Notes under the pieces: model-generated | What the model saw: the letters and a program-made list of their open reading frames with translations, nothing else | Told to the model about the DNA's origin: nothing | Databases searched by the model: none | Made by a program: the position numbers and the translations under genes | Source of the DNA: Gemmatimonadota bacterium | Lineage (GTDB): Bacteria; Gemmatimonadota; Gemmatimonadetes; Gemmatimonadales; GWC2-71-9 | NCBI GenBank assembly: GCA_003246755.1 | Contig: QKDC01000165.1 | Location: forward strand, 1,651 to 65,650 | Length of the DNA: 64,000 nucleotides | Direction of reading: 5' to 3' | Shown here: in pieces, positions 1 to 9,773 of the stretch | Position numbering within the stretch: the stretch's first letter is position 1 | How the letters are laid out: every line of letters begins with the position of its first letter

Positions 1-43
1 CCGGCAAGAAGCAAGGCGGTCGAGCGTGGTCGACGATGCAACG

Positions 44-1114
44 TCATGCGATTAAGTCCCTGGTGATGGCACCAACAGTTGGTGCGCCCGTAAGAGCCAT
101 GGCGGTGTCGAATTCGTCCCTCAAGATTTCGAGTACTTGCGTGAGCCCCCCTTCGCCGGCGCATGCTAGGCCCCAAACCGCTGGTCGTCCGATCAACACG
201 GCTCGGGCCCCTAGGGCAATGGCCTTGAGAATGTCGGTACCTCGGCGAATCCCACCGTCGACCAGCACGTCCACCCTATCTCCAACCGCGTCGACGACTT
301 CTGGCAAGGCACGGATACCCGGAATCGCACCGTCGAGTTGCCGACCTCCGTGATTGGAGACGATAATGCCCTTGGCTCCGTGATCGACGCCGAGTGTGGC
401 ATCGTCTCCGCGAAGCACACCTTTGAGAATGACCGGGAGACGCGTCTTCGCCACCAGCCATTCCAGTTCCTTCCAACTGAACTGTGGTGCCCGCAGCCCC
501 CGGTGAAATGCGGCCAACCCCGACTCGCCTCCAGCATCGTGCAGGCCGGCCGATTGAGTGATGTCGAAGTTCGCCACGCGCAGGTCGGGGGGTAACACGA
601 ACTCGTTACGAACGTCCCGCTCACGTCGGCCAAGCACAGGAACGTCCACCGTCAGCACGATGGCTTCGTAGCCCGCAGATTCGGCCCGCTCCACCAAGCC
701 GGTCGTGAGGCCACGATCTTTGTGCACGTAGAGTTGAAACCAGAGCGGTCCCTCCACCTCGCCACGCACCTCTTCCAAGGAATAAGTGGAAAAGGTGCTG
801 AGGATCATGACGGTGCCGGCCTTGGCAGTGGCGCGCGCCGTGGCGAGCTCGCCATCTGCATGCGCCAGGGCCTGGAATCCGGTGGGCGCGATCAGGACGG
901 GCATAGAGAGGGGCGTTCCCAGGACCGTGGTTTCGAGAGATCGATGGCTCACATCCACCAGATAACGGGGCCGCAGGAAGATCTCTTCAAAGGCCGCTCG
1001 ATTGGCCCTGAGCGTGACTTCGTCTTCGGCACCACCACCGAAATAGTCGGCAGTGCCAATCGCTAGACGTTCTCGTGCGAGCCGCTCGATGTCGAAGAGA
1101 TTGAGCGGGTTCAT
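44..1114 (-). CDS. FMN-dependent alpha-hydroxy-acid dehydrogenase/oxidase (L-lactate dehydrogenase / glycolate oxidase family)
   Basis: Track ORF 44..1294 trimmed to the internal ATG at 1114 (MNPLNLFDIERLA...). That ATG overlaps the stop of the upstream gene (ATGA at 1111-1114). Family motif IIVSNHGGRQLDG is present. The Arg/Pro-rich extension upstream of 1114 does not look coding. Confidence 0.85.
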   Translation of the reverse strand: MNPLNLFDIERLARERLAIGTADYFGGGAEDEVTLRANRAAFEEIFLRPRYLVDVSHRSLETTVLGTPLSMPVLIAPTGFQALAHADGELATARATAKAGTVMILSTFSTYSLEEVRGEVEGPLWFQLYVHKDRGLTTGLVERAESAGYEAIVLTVDVPVLGRRERDVRNEFVLPPDLRVANFDITQSAGLHDAGGESGLAAFHRGLRAPQFSWKELEWLVAKTRLPVILKGVLRGDDATLGVDHGAKGIIVSNHGGRQLDGAIPGIRALPEVVDAVGDRVDVLVDGGIRRGTDILKAIALGARAVLIGRPAVWGLACAGEGGLTQVLEILRDEFDTAMALTGAPTVGAITRDLIA

Positions 1115-2253
1115 TTGATGGCCGCGAGCACGAGACCGATGAAGTCGTTGGTGCGGCTGCCGGCCATCCATCGGGTCACCACGAGGAGGTCGTGTTCCCG
1201 GTCGATCCAGATCATGTTGCCCCCGGATCCCAGGGCGAACACACTCGACTCCGGTGCGGCTCGATACCGCCTCCCCCCTGTGTTGAGCCACCACATGTAG
1301 CCATAGGTTGGTTGGATGTCCGTCGGGGTCTCAGCGAGTTTGATCCAACGCTCAGAAAGCAGTTGCCGATCGCCCCACTTGCCTCGGCGTAACATGAGAT
1401 ACCCGAACCGTGCGTGATCGAGGGTGCTGGCCATGAACCCCCCGCCCCAGTGTCCACCACCACTCACCGACTGAACCTCTTGGCCGCCGATATCGACGTA
1501 GGAGTTCCGGTAGCCGTGCCACTCCCAGGTGTCGGAGGCGCCGATCGGGTCCATGATCTCCTCATGAAGCACTTCCGGGAGTGCGCGACCCCAGACTCGC
1601 AGCAGAGAAAGTGCGAGGCGATTGACCCTGACGTCGTTGTACTCCCAAAATGTGCCGGCCGCCTGAAGCTCACGGTCACGTCCCCGACGCCGGTCAGCGC
1701 GGTCGGGCTTTCCCCAGAGTGTACCTTCCCACTCGCTGGTCTGGTTCAGGTGGTCATGCCAGGTAATGGCTGCGTTGTGGGGGCTATCGAAGCCTCCGTC
1801 GCGTACCAACTCACCCTCCGGAGCGTGGAGGTCGGGAATGAGGCCCCGGTCGAAGGCGAGCCCCGCGATCGTCGCGAGGTAACTCTTCGACACGCTAAAT
1901 GTCATGTCGACTCGGTCGAGGTCCCCCCACTCACCAATGATGTAGCCGTTCTTGATGATGACGCCACCTGTCGCGGCCCAGTCCCGCACCGGGCCGACGA
2001 TCTCACCGCTGCCCTCGCGTGCGGCCCGCCGTTCGAGTTCTTGTGTGATGTTCGTCGGCCAGTCAATGGCGCTCGCCCGCGCGAAGGCCACCGCCTCGTC
2101 CAGTTTCACCGGGTCCATTCCAACCTGGTTGGGTGAACGGCGTGCCCATTCGCCGCGCGGGGGGAAATACGGGGTCTGGGCAGCAAGCGTCCCTGCCGTC
2201 ACAACGAGAACCAAGCTCGCTGCCAGGGAACGCAGATGGAAATGGGCTCTCAC
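1111..2253 (-). CDS. Secreted serine hydrolase, beta-lactamase/transpeptidase-like family
   Basis: N-terminal signal-like segment (LAASLVLVVTAGTLAAQ). S-x-x-K motif (FSVSKSY). Length about 380 aa. Confidence 0.7.
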   Translation of the reverse strand: MRAHFHLRSLAASLVLVVTAGTLAAQTPYFPPRGEWARRSPNQVGMDPVKLDEAVAFARASAIDWPTNITQELERRAAREGSGEIVGPVRDWAATGGVIIKNGYIIGEWGDLDRVDMTFSVSKSYLATIAGLAFDRGLIPDLHAPEGELVRDGGFDSPHNAAITWHDHLNQTSEWEGTLWGKPDRADRRRGRDRELQAAGTFWEYNDVRVNRLALSLLRVWGRALPEVLHEEIMDPIGASDTWEWHGYRNSYVDIGGQEVQSVSGGGHWGGGFMASTLDHARFGYLMLRRGKWGDRQLLSERWIKLAETPTDIQPTYGYMWWLNTGGRRYRAAPESSVFALGSGGNMIWIDREHDLLVVTRWMAGSRTNDFIGLVLAAIK

Positions 2254-2355
2254 ACGCGCCTCTCGGGAGGGTTCGGATCATCATACCTCGCCGGTCTCCG
2301 GGTTGCCAACCGTGACGATCCGGTTCATGCTATCGGCGTCCCAACCGGCGGGCGC

Positions 2356-3000
2356 ATGCTCAAACGACCATTGATGATTGGTGTGGTGGGAGGGTCGGGC
2401 TCCGGCAAGACCACTGTGGCCCGCACTATCTACGAGTTCCTGGGAGTCGATGCGGCGTTCATTGATCAGGACGCCTACTATGCCGACCTTGGGCACCTCA
2501 GCCTCGATGAACGTCGCCGGGTCAACTTCGACCATCCGGATGCCTTCGACACCGAACTTCTGGTTCGGCACCTCGAAGAGTTGGCACGCGGCGAGATCGT
2601 CCAGAAACCGACCTATGACTACCCGGCGCACACACGTGCTGAAGCCACCGTGGAGGTCGAACCGAGGGAGGTCATCATTGTCGACGGGATCTTGCTTTTC
2701 GCCGATCCACGCATCCGAGCGCTCCTCGACATCAAGATCTTTGTCGATGTCGCCGAGGACGTCCGTTTCATTCGGCGATTGCAGCGAGACGTCGCTCACC
2801 GGGGCCGGACCATGGACGACGTGATCCGGCAGTACCTTTCGACGGTGCGACCGATGCACCTCGAGTTCATCGAACCTTCGAAGCGCTACGCCGACATCAT
2901 CCTCCCCGAGGGAGGCCACAACCGGATCGGGATCGAGATGATCCTTGCCCGTGTCGAACTTGAATTGAACCGCCGCCGTGACGGATCCCCGACCTCCTGA
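2356..3000 (+). CDS. udk: Uridine kinase
   Basis: Track ORF 2236..3000 trimmed to ATG 2356 (MLKRPLMIGVVGGSGSGKTT). P-loop followed by IDQDAYY and FDHPDAFD motifs typical of Udk. Confidence 0.9.
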   Translation: MLKRPLMIGVVGGSGSGKTTVARTIYEFLGVDAAFIDQDAYYADLGHLSLDERRRVNFDHPDAFDTELLVRHLEELARGEIVQKPTYDYPAHTRAEATVEVEPREVIIVDGILLFADPRIRALLDIKIFVDVAEDVRFIRRLQRDVAHRGRTMDDVIRQYLSTVRPMHLEFIEPSKRYADIILPEGGHNRIGIEMILARVELELNRRRDGSPTS

Positions 3001-3063
3001 GCTCATCGGAGGACTCATGACTCGCCATTCGGTGATCCTGATACCACCCCCCCATTCCGTAGG

Positions 3064-4782
3064 GTGCTCATGAATTGTCTCAGGGACACTGCCGCAGTGA
3101 GGATGGCCACTCTCGTCGTCCTCCTACTCCTGGGGGTGTCGCCACCGGCTCTCGGGCAGCAGGGGGGGAGGAGCCCCACCTATCGCCAACTGCATATGCT
3201 GTTCAACGAATGGCGCGCCTTCGAGGAGGCACCGCTGCTCGACGGCCTTGCCCCAGACTATCGAGCCGCGACCAACTCCCGACGCCTGGGGTCGCTGCGC
3301 CAGTATCAGGAGCGGCTAGACGCGATAGACACCACGGGTTGGTCTATTTCAGAACAGGTAGACTTTCACCTCGTCCGCGCCGAGATGAACGGCATGCTGT
3401 ACCACCTCACGGTGCTCCAGCCGTTCGCCCGCGACCCGGCTTTTTACGCCTCGGTGCGAACCAGCGAAAGCGACACGCCGGCGGAAGAGGGTCCTACGAT
3501 TGACGGCGCCATCCGGCTGTGGCGATACGCGATCTGGCCCCGCACCGCCCTCGATACGGTAACCCCTCTGTCGCCGGATGATTCGCGGCGGCTCGCTCTC
3601 CAATTGCGCACCGTCCCACCACTTCTCCAGCAGGCGCGGACCAACCTCGCCGGCTCGACCGCGCGCGACCTGTGGGTGGGGGGTATCCGGTCGTTCGAGG
3701 AACAGAGTGAGGCCTTGGGAGTCCTACTGGGGCGGGTAGGCTCGACTGACCCCGAACTGGTTCGGGCGATCACTGAAGCCCGAACAGCGACCGACTCCTT
3801 CGCCCAATGGCTACGCGATGAGGCACCGAGCCGCACCGGTCCGTCGGGGGTTGGGAAGGAGCAATACACCTGGTTTCTGAGGAACGTGTTGTTGCTGCCC
3901 TTCTCTTGGGCGGACGAGGTCACCATCACGAAGAGAGAGCTGGCGCGGGCCCATGCCTCGCTTCGACTCGAGGAAAACCGCAACCGGGGTCTTCCCGAGC
4001 TTCCCGTGGCAAACACTCCGGAGGATTTCGCTGCGCTGCAGGAGCGGACACTGCCAACCTATCTCCGGTTCATGGAAGAGAACCAGATCGTCACCATGCA
4101 TCCGGGGATGGAGCGTGCGATACGCGAGCGGTTCCAACAGTTTTCACCCGCGGAGACCCGCGACTTCTTCTCGCAGACCAGTCATCGCGATCCCCTCCCG
4201 CTCTGGACCCACTTCAACCACTGGTGGGACCACCTGCGCATGCGCACGGCGCCTCATCCGAGTCCCATTCGGCGATCTCCGCTGCTCTACAACATCTGGA
4301 TGCACCGCGCGGAGGGGATGGCGACGGCGATGGAGGAGTGGATGATGCACGCTGGGCTCTACGACCAGAGCCCACGTTCACGGGAAATTGTCTGGATCAT
4401 GTTGATCGCCCGGGCCGCACGCGGGCTCGGCAGTCTCTACGCGCAGTCGAACGATCTCACCATGGCCGAGGCGGGTGACATCCACGTCAACTGGATCCCC
4501 CGGGGTTGGATGCGGCGCGACCCATTGCTCGGATTCGAACAACATCTGTACTTGCGTCAGCCGGGCTACGGGCCAAGCTATGTCACTGGTGGTCGACTGA
4601 TGGAGGAGATTCTGATGGAGCGCGCGCGTCAGTTGGGTGATCAGTTCACCATCCAGCGATTCATGGACGAGGTGAATGGGGTGGGGATGATCCCGCCGTC
4701 GCTGATCTACTGGGAGCTCACAGGGGACGACCGCATGATCCGTGAGTTGCAGGAGGGAGTGGGGCCACTACCGCCCAGGTAG
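3064..4782 (+). CDS. Secreted DUF885-like protein (function unknown)
   Basis: Signal-like N-terminus (LVVLLLLGVSPPALGQQ). The C-terminal segment PGYGPSYVTGG...LGDQFTIQRFMDEVNGVGMIPPSLI resembles the conserved DUF885 C-terminus. The family call is from memory of that pattern only. Confidence 0.45.
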   Translation: MLMNCLRDTAAVRMATLVVLLLLGVSPPALGQQGGRSPTYRQLHMLFNEWRAFEEAPLLDGLAPDYRAATNSRRLGSLRQYQERLDAIDTTGWSISEQVDFHLVRAEMNGMLYHLTVLQPFARDPAFYASVRTSESDTPAEEGPTIDGAIRLWRYAIWPRTALDTVTPLSPDDSRRLALQLRTVPPLLQQARTNLAGSTARDLWVGGIRSFEEQSEALGVLLGRVGSTDPELVRAITEARTATDSFAQWLRDEAPSRTGPSGVGKEQYTWFLRNVLLLPFSWADEVTITKRELARAHASLRLEENRNRGLPELPVANTPEDFAALQERTLPTYLRFMEENQIVTMHPGMERAIRERFQQFSPAETRDFFSQTSHRDPLPLWTHFNHWWDHLRMRTAPHPSPIRRSPLLYNIWMHRAEGMATAMEEWMMHAGLYDQSPRSREIVWIMLIARAARGLGSLYAQSNDLTMAEAGDIHVNWIPRGWMRRDPLLGFEQHLYLRQPGYGPSYVTGGRLMEEILMERARQLGDQFTIQRFMDEVNGVGMIPPSLIYWELTGDDRMIRELQEGVGPLPPR

Positions 4783-4832
4783 TCCCCCGCCGGTTCAGGC
4801 AATCCCCCGGCTCGGATCGATTGGGCTGGCCC

Positions 4833-6023
4833 TCATCGTGCGAAGCGCTCCAGGTATTGCAGGTCGTCTTCATCCATGCGCACGACGTAGACCACACCCT
4901 TTCCAAACCCGACCACTCGGCTCCGAGGCCGGAGTTGTACCTCTCCCGTCCGGCGGCCCGTGCGGTCGAACACGTCGTACCGTGGTGTCTTGTCCGAAGC
5001 CTTGCGCGTGCGGGCCACCCAGACATCGCCTTCGGGCGTTACCTGGACTGCGTCCCCTCCCGTGAACGGAGGCATGGTCGTGGGCCACTCGGGTTCCGGG
5101 ATCTCTATCTGGGGAGAACTCACAGCGCGTCCCCCTCCGCCCGGACCCCCGATGGTCATCATGATCGGCGTCGCCCTGCTCATCTGGTCACGATATTCCT
5201 TCTTCTCGGCCTCCGTCACCTTGAGGGGGGTGTAGGGCACGGGCGGTCCGGCGACCACCCCGCGGGGTGTGAGCCAGGTCACCCTGAATGGTTCGGGGGA
5301 AACGAGGGCGATGCGTCCGTCTGGCGCAATGCCCCATTCCACCCGTGCGGGCCATGCAGTGCCACCGCCCATGCGCACATTCATCGAGTTCCCGGACCGT
5401 GTAACCTGAGGGCGGGCGTCCTGGAGAAGTGGTATCCAGCCGGCGGTGTCGATTTTCGTGGCCCGGTCCCATCGGACGATCGGGACGGAATCCAAGCTCT
5501 CGCCGCCTTCCGTGGCCGGGAAAGCCGACCCCTGGAAATAAAGATTCCCCGCCGCGTCGGAACCCCTCGGACTGAGGAACGCACCGATCATCATGAAGCC
5601 GCCGCGTTCATTCCCGCCGGCGGGTCTCGGTGGTGAGAGAATCTCCCCGGGGCTTCCATCGGGTCCGATGTTGAGGAATCGCTGGTTCCCGTAGTCTTGG
5701 AGCAGCGTCTTGCCACCAGGGAGAGGGAACAGACTTGCCGGGAGGGAATACTCTCCCGGTCCCTGGCCCTCTCGCCCAACGTTTGTCCCAGCACCGCGAT
5801 TGAAATCCACGAGCATGACGATCTTGTCGCGGAGGTCACTTACCAGAACCCTGCCGTCGGAGAGTTCCCGCACCCCACGAATCGCCGTGAAGGGTTCGTC
5901 GAAGGCGGCTTGTGGTGTTGAGAGCGCGACCGTCCGCTGCTGGCTGGGGAGCCACGGTGGGCTTCCCAAGGTCAGGAGGACAGTGACAACGGCCAGGCGA
6001 GACGTGATCGACTGCTGAGACAT
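4833..6023 (-). CDS. Secreted protein of unknown function (paralogue of 13004..14083)
   Basis: Track ORF 4833..6176 trimmed to ATG 6023 (MSQQSITSRLAVVTVLLTLG, signal-like). Several colinear blocks are shared with the 13004..14083 product (see findings). Confidence 0.55.
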   Translation of the reverse strand: MSQQSITSRLAVVTVLLTLGSPPWLPSQQRTVALSTPQAAFDEPFTAIRGVRELSDGRVLVSDLRDKIVMLVDFNRGAGTNVGREGQGPGEYSLPASLFPLPGGKTLLQDYGNQRFLNIGPDGSPGEILSPPRPAGGNERGGFMMIGAFLSPRGSDAAGNLYFQGSAFPATEGGESLDSVPIVRWDRATKIDTAGWIPLLQDARPQVTRSGNSMNVRMGGGTAWPARVEWGIAPDGRIALVSPEPFRVTWLTPRGVVAGPPVPYTPLKVTEAEKKEYRDQMSRATPIMMTIGGPGGGGRAVSSPQIEIPEPEWPTTMPPFTGGDAVQVTPEGDVWVARTRKASDKTPRYDVFDRTGRRTGEVQLRPRSRVVGFGKGVVYVVRMDEDDLQYLERFAR

Positions 6024-6061
6024 GGCTTCCGCTCCCGATGAGGACCTAACGATACTGAGAG

Positions 6062-6931
6062 ATGCCTCAAACCCCACAACCGTCGCAGCACGTGACGCGT
6101 TTTGCGCCAAGTCCGACCGGGGAGTTACACCTCGGTCATGTTGCGCATGCGATATGGGTATGGGGTATGGCGGCATCCCTCGGTGCGCGCGTGATTCTGC
6201 GGATCGAAGACCACGATCGAGGTCGCAGTCGCCCGGAGTACGAGAAGAGAATATTGGAGGACCTCAAGTGGCTGGGGTTCCCACTGGATCCCGAGTCGCT
6301 TACGAGCCTGGAGTCCGGTCCATCTCCGTTCCGTCAACAGGACTCCGAGGCGCATTACCAAGGGGTGCTCGATGCACTTGCCGACACGGGACTGGTATAT
6401 GGATGTACCTGTTCTCGTGCGATGATCGCCGAAGAAGTAGGTGACGGAATCGTGTCCGGTCAGGAGCTGCGTTACCCTGGCACATGCAGGGATCGTGGTA
6501 TACCGCTCGGGTCTGGTGTGGGTATTCGCGTTCGTTTGCGAGACGAGGTGGTCACCTTCAAGGATCGTTTCTTGGGTGACCGATCCCAGAGGCCGGCACG
6601 GCAGTGTGGAGATCTTCTCATCCGCGACCGTAACGGGAACTGGACGTATCAGTTCTGCGTCACGGTCGACGACCTGCGACATGGTGTTACGCTCGTTGTA
6701 CGCGGTGACGATCTCGTTTCCTCAACCGGGCGACAAATCCTGCTTGCGCGACTCCTCGGTCGGGAGAGCCCACCGACCTTCCTGCATCATCCCCTGGTGT
6801 ACAACCGCGAGGGGGTGAAGTTGTCGAAGCGGGATCGGAGTGTCACGCTTCGTGAGCTGCGTGAGAAGGGAATGTCGGCTCCAGAAGTGATTAGGCTGGC
6901 GCGTGCCGGTGGGCGGTGGCGCGAGGTGTGA
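6062..6931 (+). CDS. gluQ: Glutamyl-Q tRNA(Asp) synthetase (truncated GluRS paralogue)
   Basis: HIGH-type motif SPTGELHLGH. KMSKS-like VKLSKRD. About 289 aa with no anticodon-binding domain, as in YadB/GluQRS. Confidence 0.85.
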   Translation: MPQTPQPSQHVTRFAPSPTGELHLGHVAHAIWVWGMAASLGARVILRIEDHDRGRSRPEYEKRILEDLKWLGFPLDPESLTSLESGPSPFRQQDSEAHYQGVLDALADTGLVYGCTCSRAMIAEEVGDGIVSGQELRYPGTCRDRGIPLGSGVGIRVRLRDEVVTFKDRFLGDRSQRPARQCGDLLIRDRNGNWTYQFCVTVDDLRHGVTLVVRGDDLVSSTGRQILLARLLGRESPPTFLHHPLVYNREGVKLSKRDRSVTLRELREKGMSAPEVIRLARAGGRWREV

Positions 6932-6974
6932 GCAGGGGGGTTGCGGATGTGACCGGGGCTCGGTGTCGAGGACG

Positions 6975-9359
6975 TCAATCCTCGGTGTAGATGGACTCGT
7001 ATCTGGCGAGATTCACGAGAATCCGACGGACATAGTCTCGTGTTTCGGGTATCGGAATCCGTTCGACGAATAGCTCCGGATCGTTCATCCCTGATGTCTC
7101 GAGCCATCGCCGCACGCGCGTCGCACCCGCATTGTACGCGGCAAGGGCGTGCACCATGTGTTGGTACTCTCGGAGGCTCCCCGCCAGGTGCACCGTGCCC
7201 AGCCGGAGATTGACCTCCGGTTGATACAAGAGAACCGGCTCGAAAGCTCGAATCCCCAACTGAGGCGCCATCTGGCGTCCCACTGACGGTAGGACCTGCA
7301 TTAGGCCTCTGGCATCGGCACCCGAGCGTGCCCTCGGGTCGAAGGCTGATTCCTGCCGGATGATGCTCGCCACGAGCATTGGGTCGAGGCCTTGGCGCTT
7401 TGATTCGGATACCAGGAGGCTCGCGAACGGCATCGGGTAGAGCAACCGCACCAAGATCCGATCCGATGCTGCACCGCGTCCCTGAGCCCGAATCGCCAGT
7501 CGCACGGCCATGTCGTGACGCCCTGCCGAGTCTGCCACTCGAGCCGCTTCCACGGTTGTCTCCACCGAGCTCTCCGCACGATCCCGGATCCAGCCCAGTT
7601 CGTAGGAAGCCTCCGCCCCCAAGCCCAGGGTCTCGAGCAGGTCGACCCTCACCAACGCCTCTTCGAGCCACCCGAGGTGCGGGTGAGACCGAGTAGTCGT
7701 CGGCGGTCGCCAGCCCTCACGCCCCAAGGCGCGCACTGCGAGGAGAGCGTAGTACTCGTTCCTCATGGAGGCAGCGGCGGCCCAGCGCACACTCGCGGCG
7801 GCACTATCACCCGTCCGTGCCCATGCCCGACCCGCCCAGTACGTGGCCGCCCCCGTTTCGGCTCCGCTCAGGGACCGAAGTTCGTCGAGCTCCGCGGCGG
7901 CAGTGCTCGCGTCACCGGATTGGTATGCCAGGAGAGCAGCCCGAAGCCGGCCCGATTCGGCAAGTCGATGGCCAGGATACCGCTGCGCGAGTTGTCGGAA
8001 GGAGGCGCGCGCGGCCGAGTCTTCTCCTCGGTCATTCAACAGGTCCCCGAGCAGGTAGAGTGCCGTGCCTGCCGCTTCGGGATCCGGTCCGTAGGTCTGT
8101 ATCACCGAGCGCAAATCCCCCATCGCTGCGGTGACCTCCCCCATTCGCATCCGCGTTCTCGCGGACTGGTAGGCCGCCTCGCCCTGACGGGCATTACCCA
8201 CCAATCTGAACTGCGCAATCGCTTGGCGGTTGCGGCCAAGCCGGACCAGCACGGTGCCGAACCGAAATCGGTCGTCATCATCGAGCAGGCCGGCACCCGC
8301 AGCCCGTTCATACCCGACGGCAGCCCGACTGGCTGTGCCGGACACCACAGCTCGGCGTGCGACGCGCAGCTCCTCGCTGGGGGTTAGTGGCGCGAAATGG
8401 AGGTCCAGGAGGTCGATGACCGTGCGCGTGTCGTCAGACCCCAACCGGCCCTCCAGCGCCTGAAGAAGCTGACCGCGAATCACCGATCGTTCGTCCGCAC
8501 TTTTAGCCTCCTTCAACCGGACGGCCGTCGCCCGGAACGGCGCACCAAGTGCCAGATAGAGGCGTCTTGCCTCCCCCCACTGCGCCGCACCCTCGGCGCC
8601 CGCCACGTTTGCCCACATTCGCCGCCGCAAGGCCGGTGTCAGTGTAATGGTGGACAGCAGCTGACTCCGCTGTGCCGAGTCGTCGGTGACCCCCACCGCA
8701 CGAAGGATCAGCCAGTCGCGGACGAGGGGCAGGGCCTCTGCGGCACCGCGATAGGCGCGTGACGCGCTGTCACGGAGTGCCTTCCCTGTGGTTGAGTCGC
8801 GACGGGAAAGTCGATCGAAGCTTCGTGCCTCCAGGACGAGTCGTTGCCCCAAGTTCTCGTCAACCGCGAGGCGAACGGCAACGAGGGCATGAGTTGCCCC
8901 CATTCTCGGATCGCCGTTTTCCAACGCAGCTCTCGCCAAAAGGGCGTGTCCTTCCCCGCCAAGACTGTCGAGCCAACTCTCACCGGCAAGGAATTCCTCC
9001 ACCCGAGTCCATCCCCCCCATCCGGCTGCAGCCCGGGCGGCGACAAGGAGGAGACGGGGTGATTGCAGTCCGGGACGCCGGACCAATGAGTCGAGGAGTT
9101 CGGTGGCCTGCCAGGGCCGACCATCGCTGATGGCACGTTCGGCCATCACGATCGTCGCTTCAGGGTCGAGTCTTCCTCGCGATGAGCGAATGGACGGACC
9201 GAACGACAGCTGGCTCAGGGCGCCTGCCGAGAGGAGCAGAGGAAATACGAAGGAAAGCAAGTGCACACCCAAAACTATGACCCCGTCGGGTTCCGACCAA
9301 CGTTTACCCCCCATAGCACAATGACCAACCTTGCGGTTGGCCATTGCGTGCAAAGGCAC
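6975..9359 (-). CDS. Soluble lytic murein transglycosylase (Slt70-like, superhelical N-domain plus SLT domain)
   Basis: C-terminal SLT motifs IIRQESAFDPRARSGADARGLMQV and AYNAG. Long Ala/Leu/Arg-rich helical-repeat N-terminal region. Start uncertain: Met codons at 9359, 9344 and 9314 precede a hydrophobic segment. Confidence 0.8.
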   Translation of the reverse strand: MPLHAMANRKVGHCAMGGKRWSEPDGVIVLGVHLLSFVFPLLLSAGALSQLSFGPSIRSSRGRLDPEATIVMAERAISDGRPWQATELLDSLVRRPGLQSPRLLLVAARAAAGWGGWTRVEEFLAGESWLDSLGGEGHALLARAALENGDPRMGATHALVAVRLAVDENLGQRLVLEARSFDRLSRRDSTTGKALRDSASRAYRGAAEALPLVRDWLILRAVGVTDDSAQRSQLLSTITLTPALRRRMWANVAGAEGAAQWGEARRLYLALGAPFRATAVRLKEAKSADERSVIRGQLLQALEGRLGSDDTRTVIDLLDLHFAPLTPSEELRVARRAVVSGTASRAAVGYERAAGAGLLDDDDRFRFGTVLVRLGRNRQAIAQFRLVGNARQGEAAYQSARTRMRMGEVTAAMGDLRSVIQTYGPDPEAAGTALYLLGDLLNDRGEDSAARASFRQLAQRYPGHRLAESGRLRAALLAYQSGDASTAAAELDELRSLSGAETGAATYWAGRAWARTGDSAAASVRWAAAASMRNEYYALLAVRALGREGWRPPTTTRSHPHLGWLEEALVRVDLLETLGLGAEASYELGWIRDRAESSVETTVEAARVADSAGRHDMAVRLAIRAQGRGAASDRILVRLLYPMPFASLLVSESKRQGLDPMLVASIIRQESAFDPRARSGADARGLMQVLPSVGRQMAPQLGIRAFEPVLLYQPEVNLRLGTVHLAGSLREYQHMVHALAAYNAGATRVRRWLETSGMNDPELFVERIPIPETRDYVRRILVNLARYESIYTED

Positions 9360-9773
9360 GCCCGGGTGCGGAGGGGAAGGTTAGTGCTGATCGAATCCGG
9401 GCTGTGCGGGTTGAAGGAGGGTGGGCCGGAGCCGCGGAACTTCACGAGAAAGCAGCACTGTGCCCGAGTGGGGTCCAAGAAACTCCGTCCCACATGGGCG
9501 AACGATCCGGCCAATGATCCGACCGCTGTCGTCGCATACCTTGAAGATCTGTTCTTTGGCTCTTTCGCAAAGCATGACCATAACGTCCGTCCCTAACCAC
9601 GTTCAGTTCTGGTGCAACTCACGGCCACCGTTCCTTCATGTCCTTAGATGCTCCGATGTGGAGAAGCGTTGCATCGTTCGAGACGTTTCGGAGGTGAAAC
9701 CTGGAAGCGTTTCTCTTGTGAAACGTCCGGTTGGGCGTGAACTTCCTCCGTCCCCCGTGGAAGGGAGCAAACC

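Noticed and set aside
6787-7671. 294-aa minus-strand ORF in an alternative frame overlapping the slt-like gene
   Set aside because: It lies on the same strand but out of frame with an ORF that has SLT catalytic motifs. The product is Gly/Arg/Pro-rich low-complexity sequence.
9377-9400. tRNA T-loop-like word (gatcgaatcc)
   Set aside because: The flanking sequence does not form a T-stem or an acceptor stem. No cloverleaf could be drawn.
9381-9581. 66-aa minus-strand ORF in the long intergenic region
   Set aside because: Third-position GC looks lower than in neighbouring genes. The C-terminal third looks non-coding. I saw no RBS. It is left as a possibility under the intergenic-region finding.
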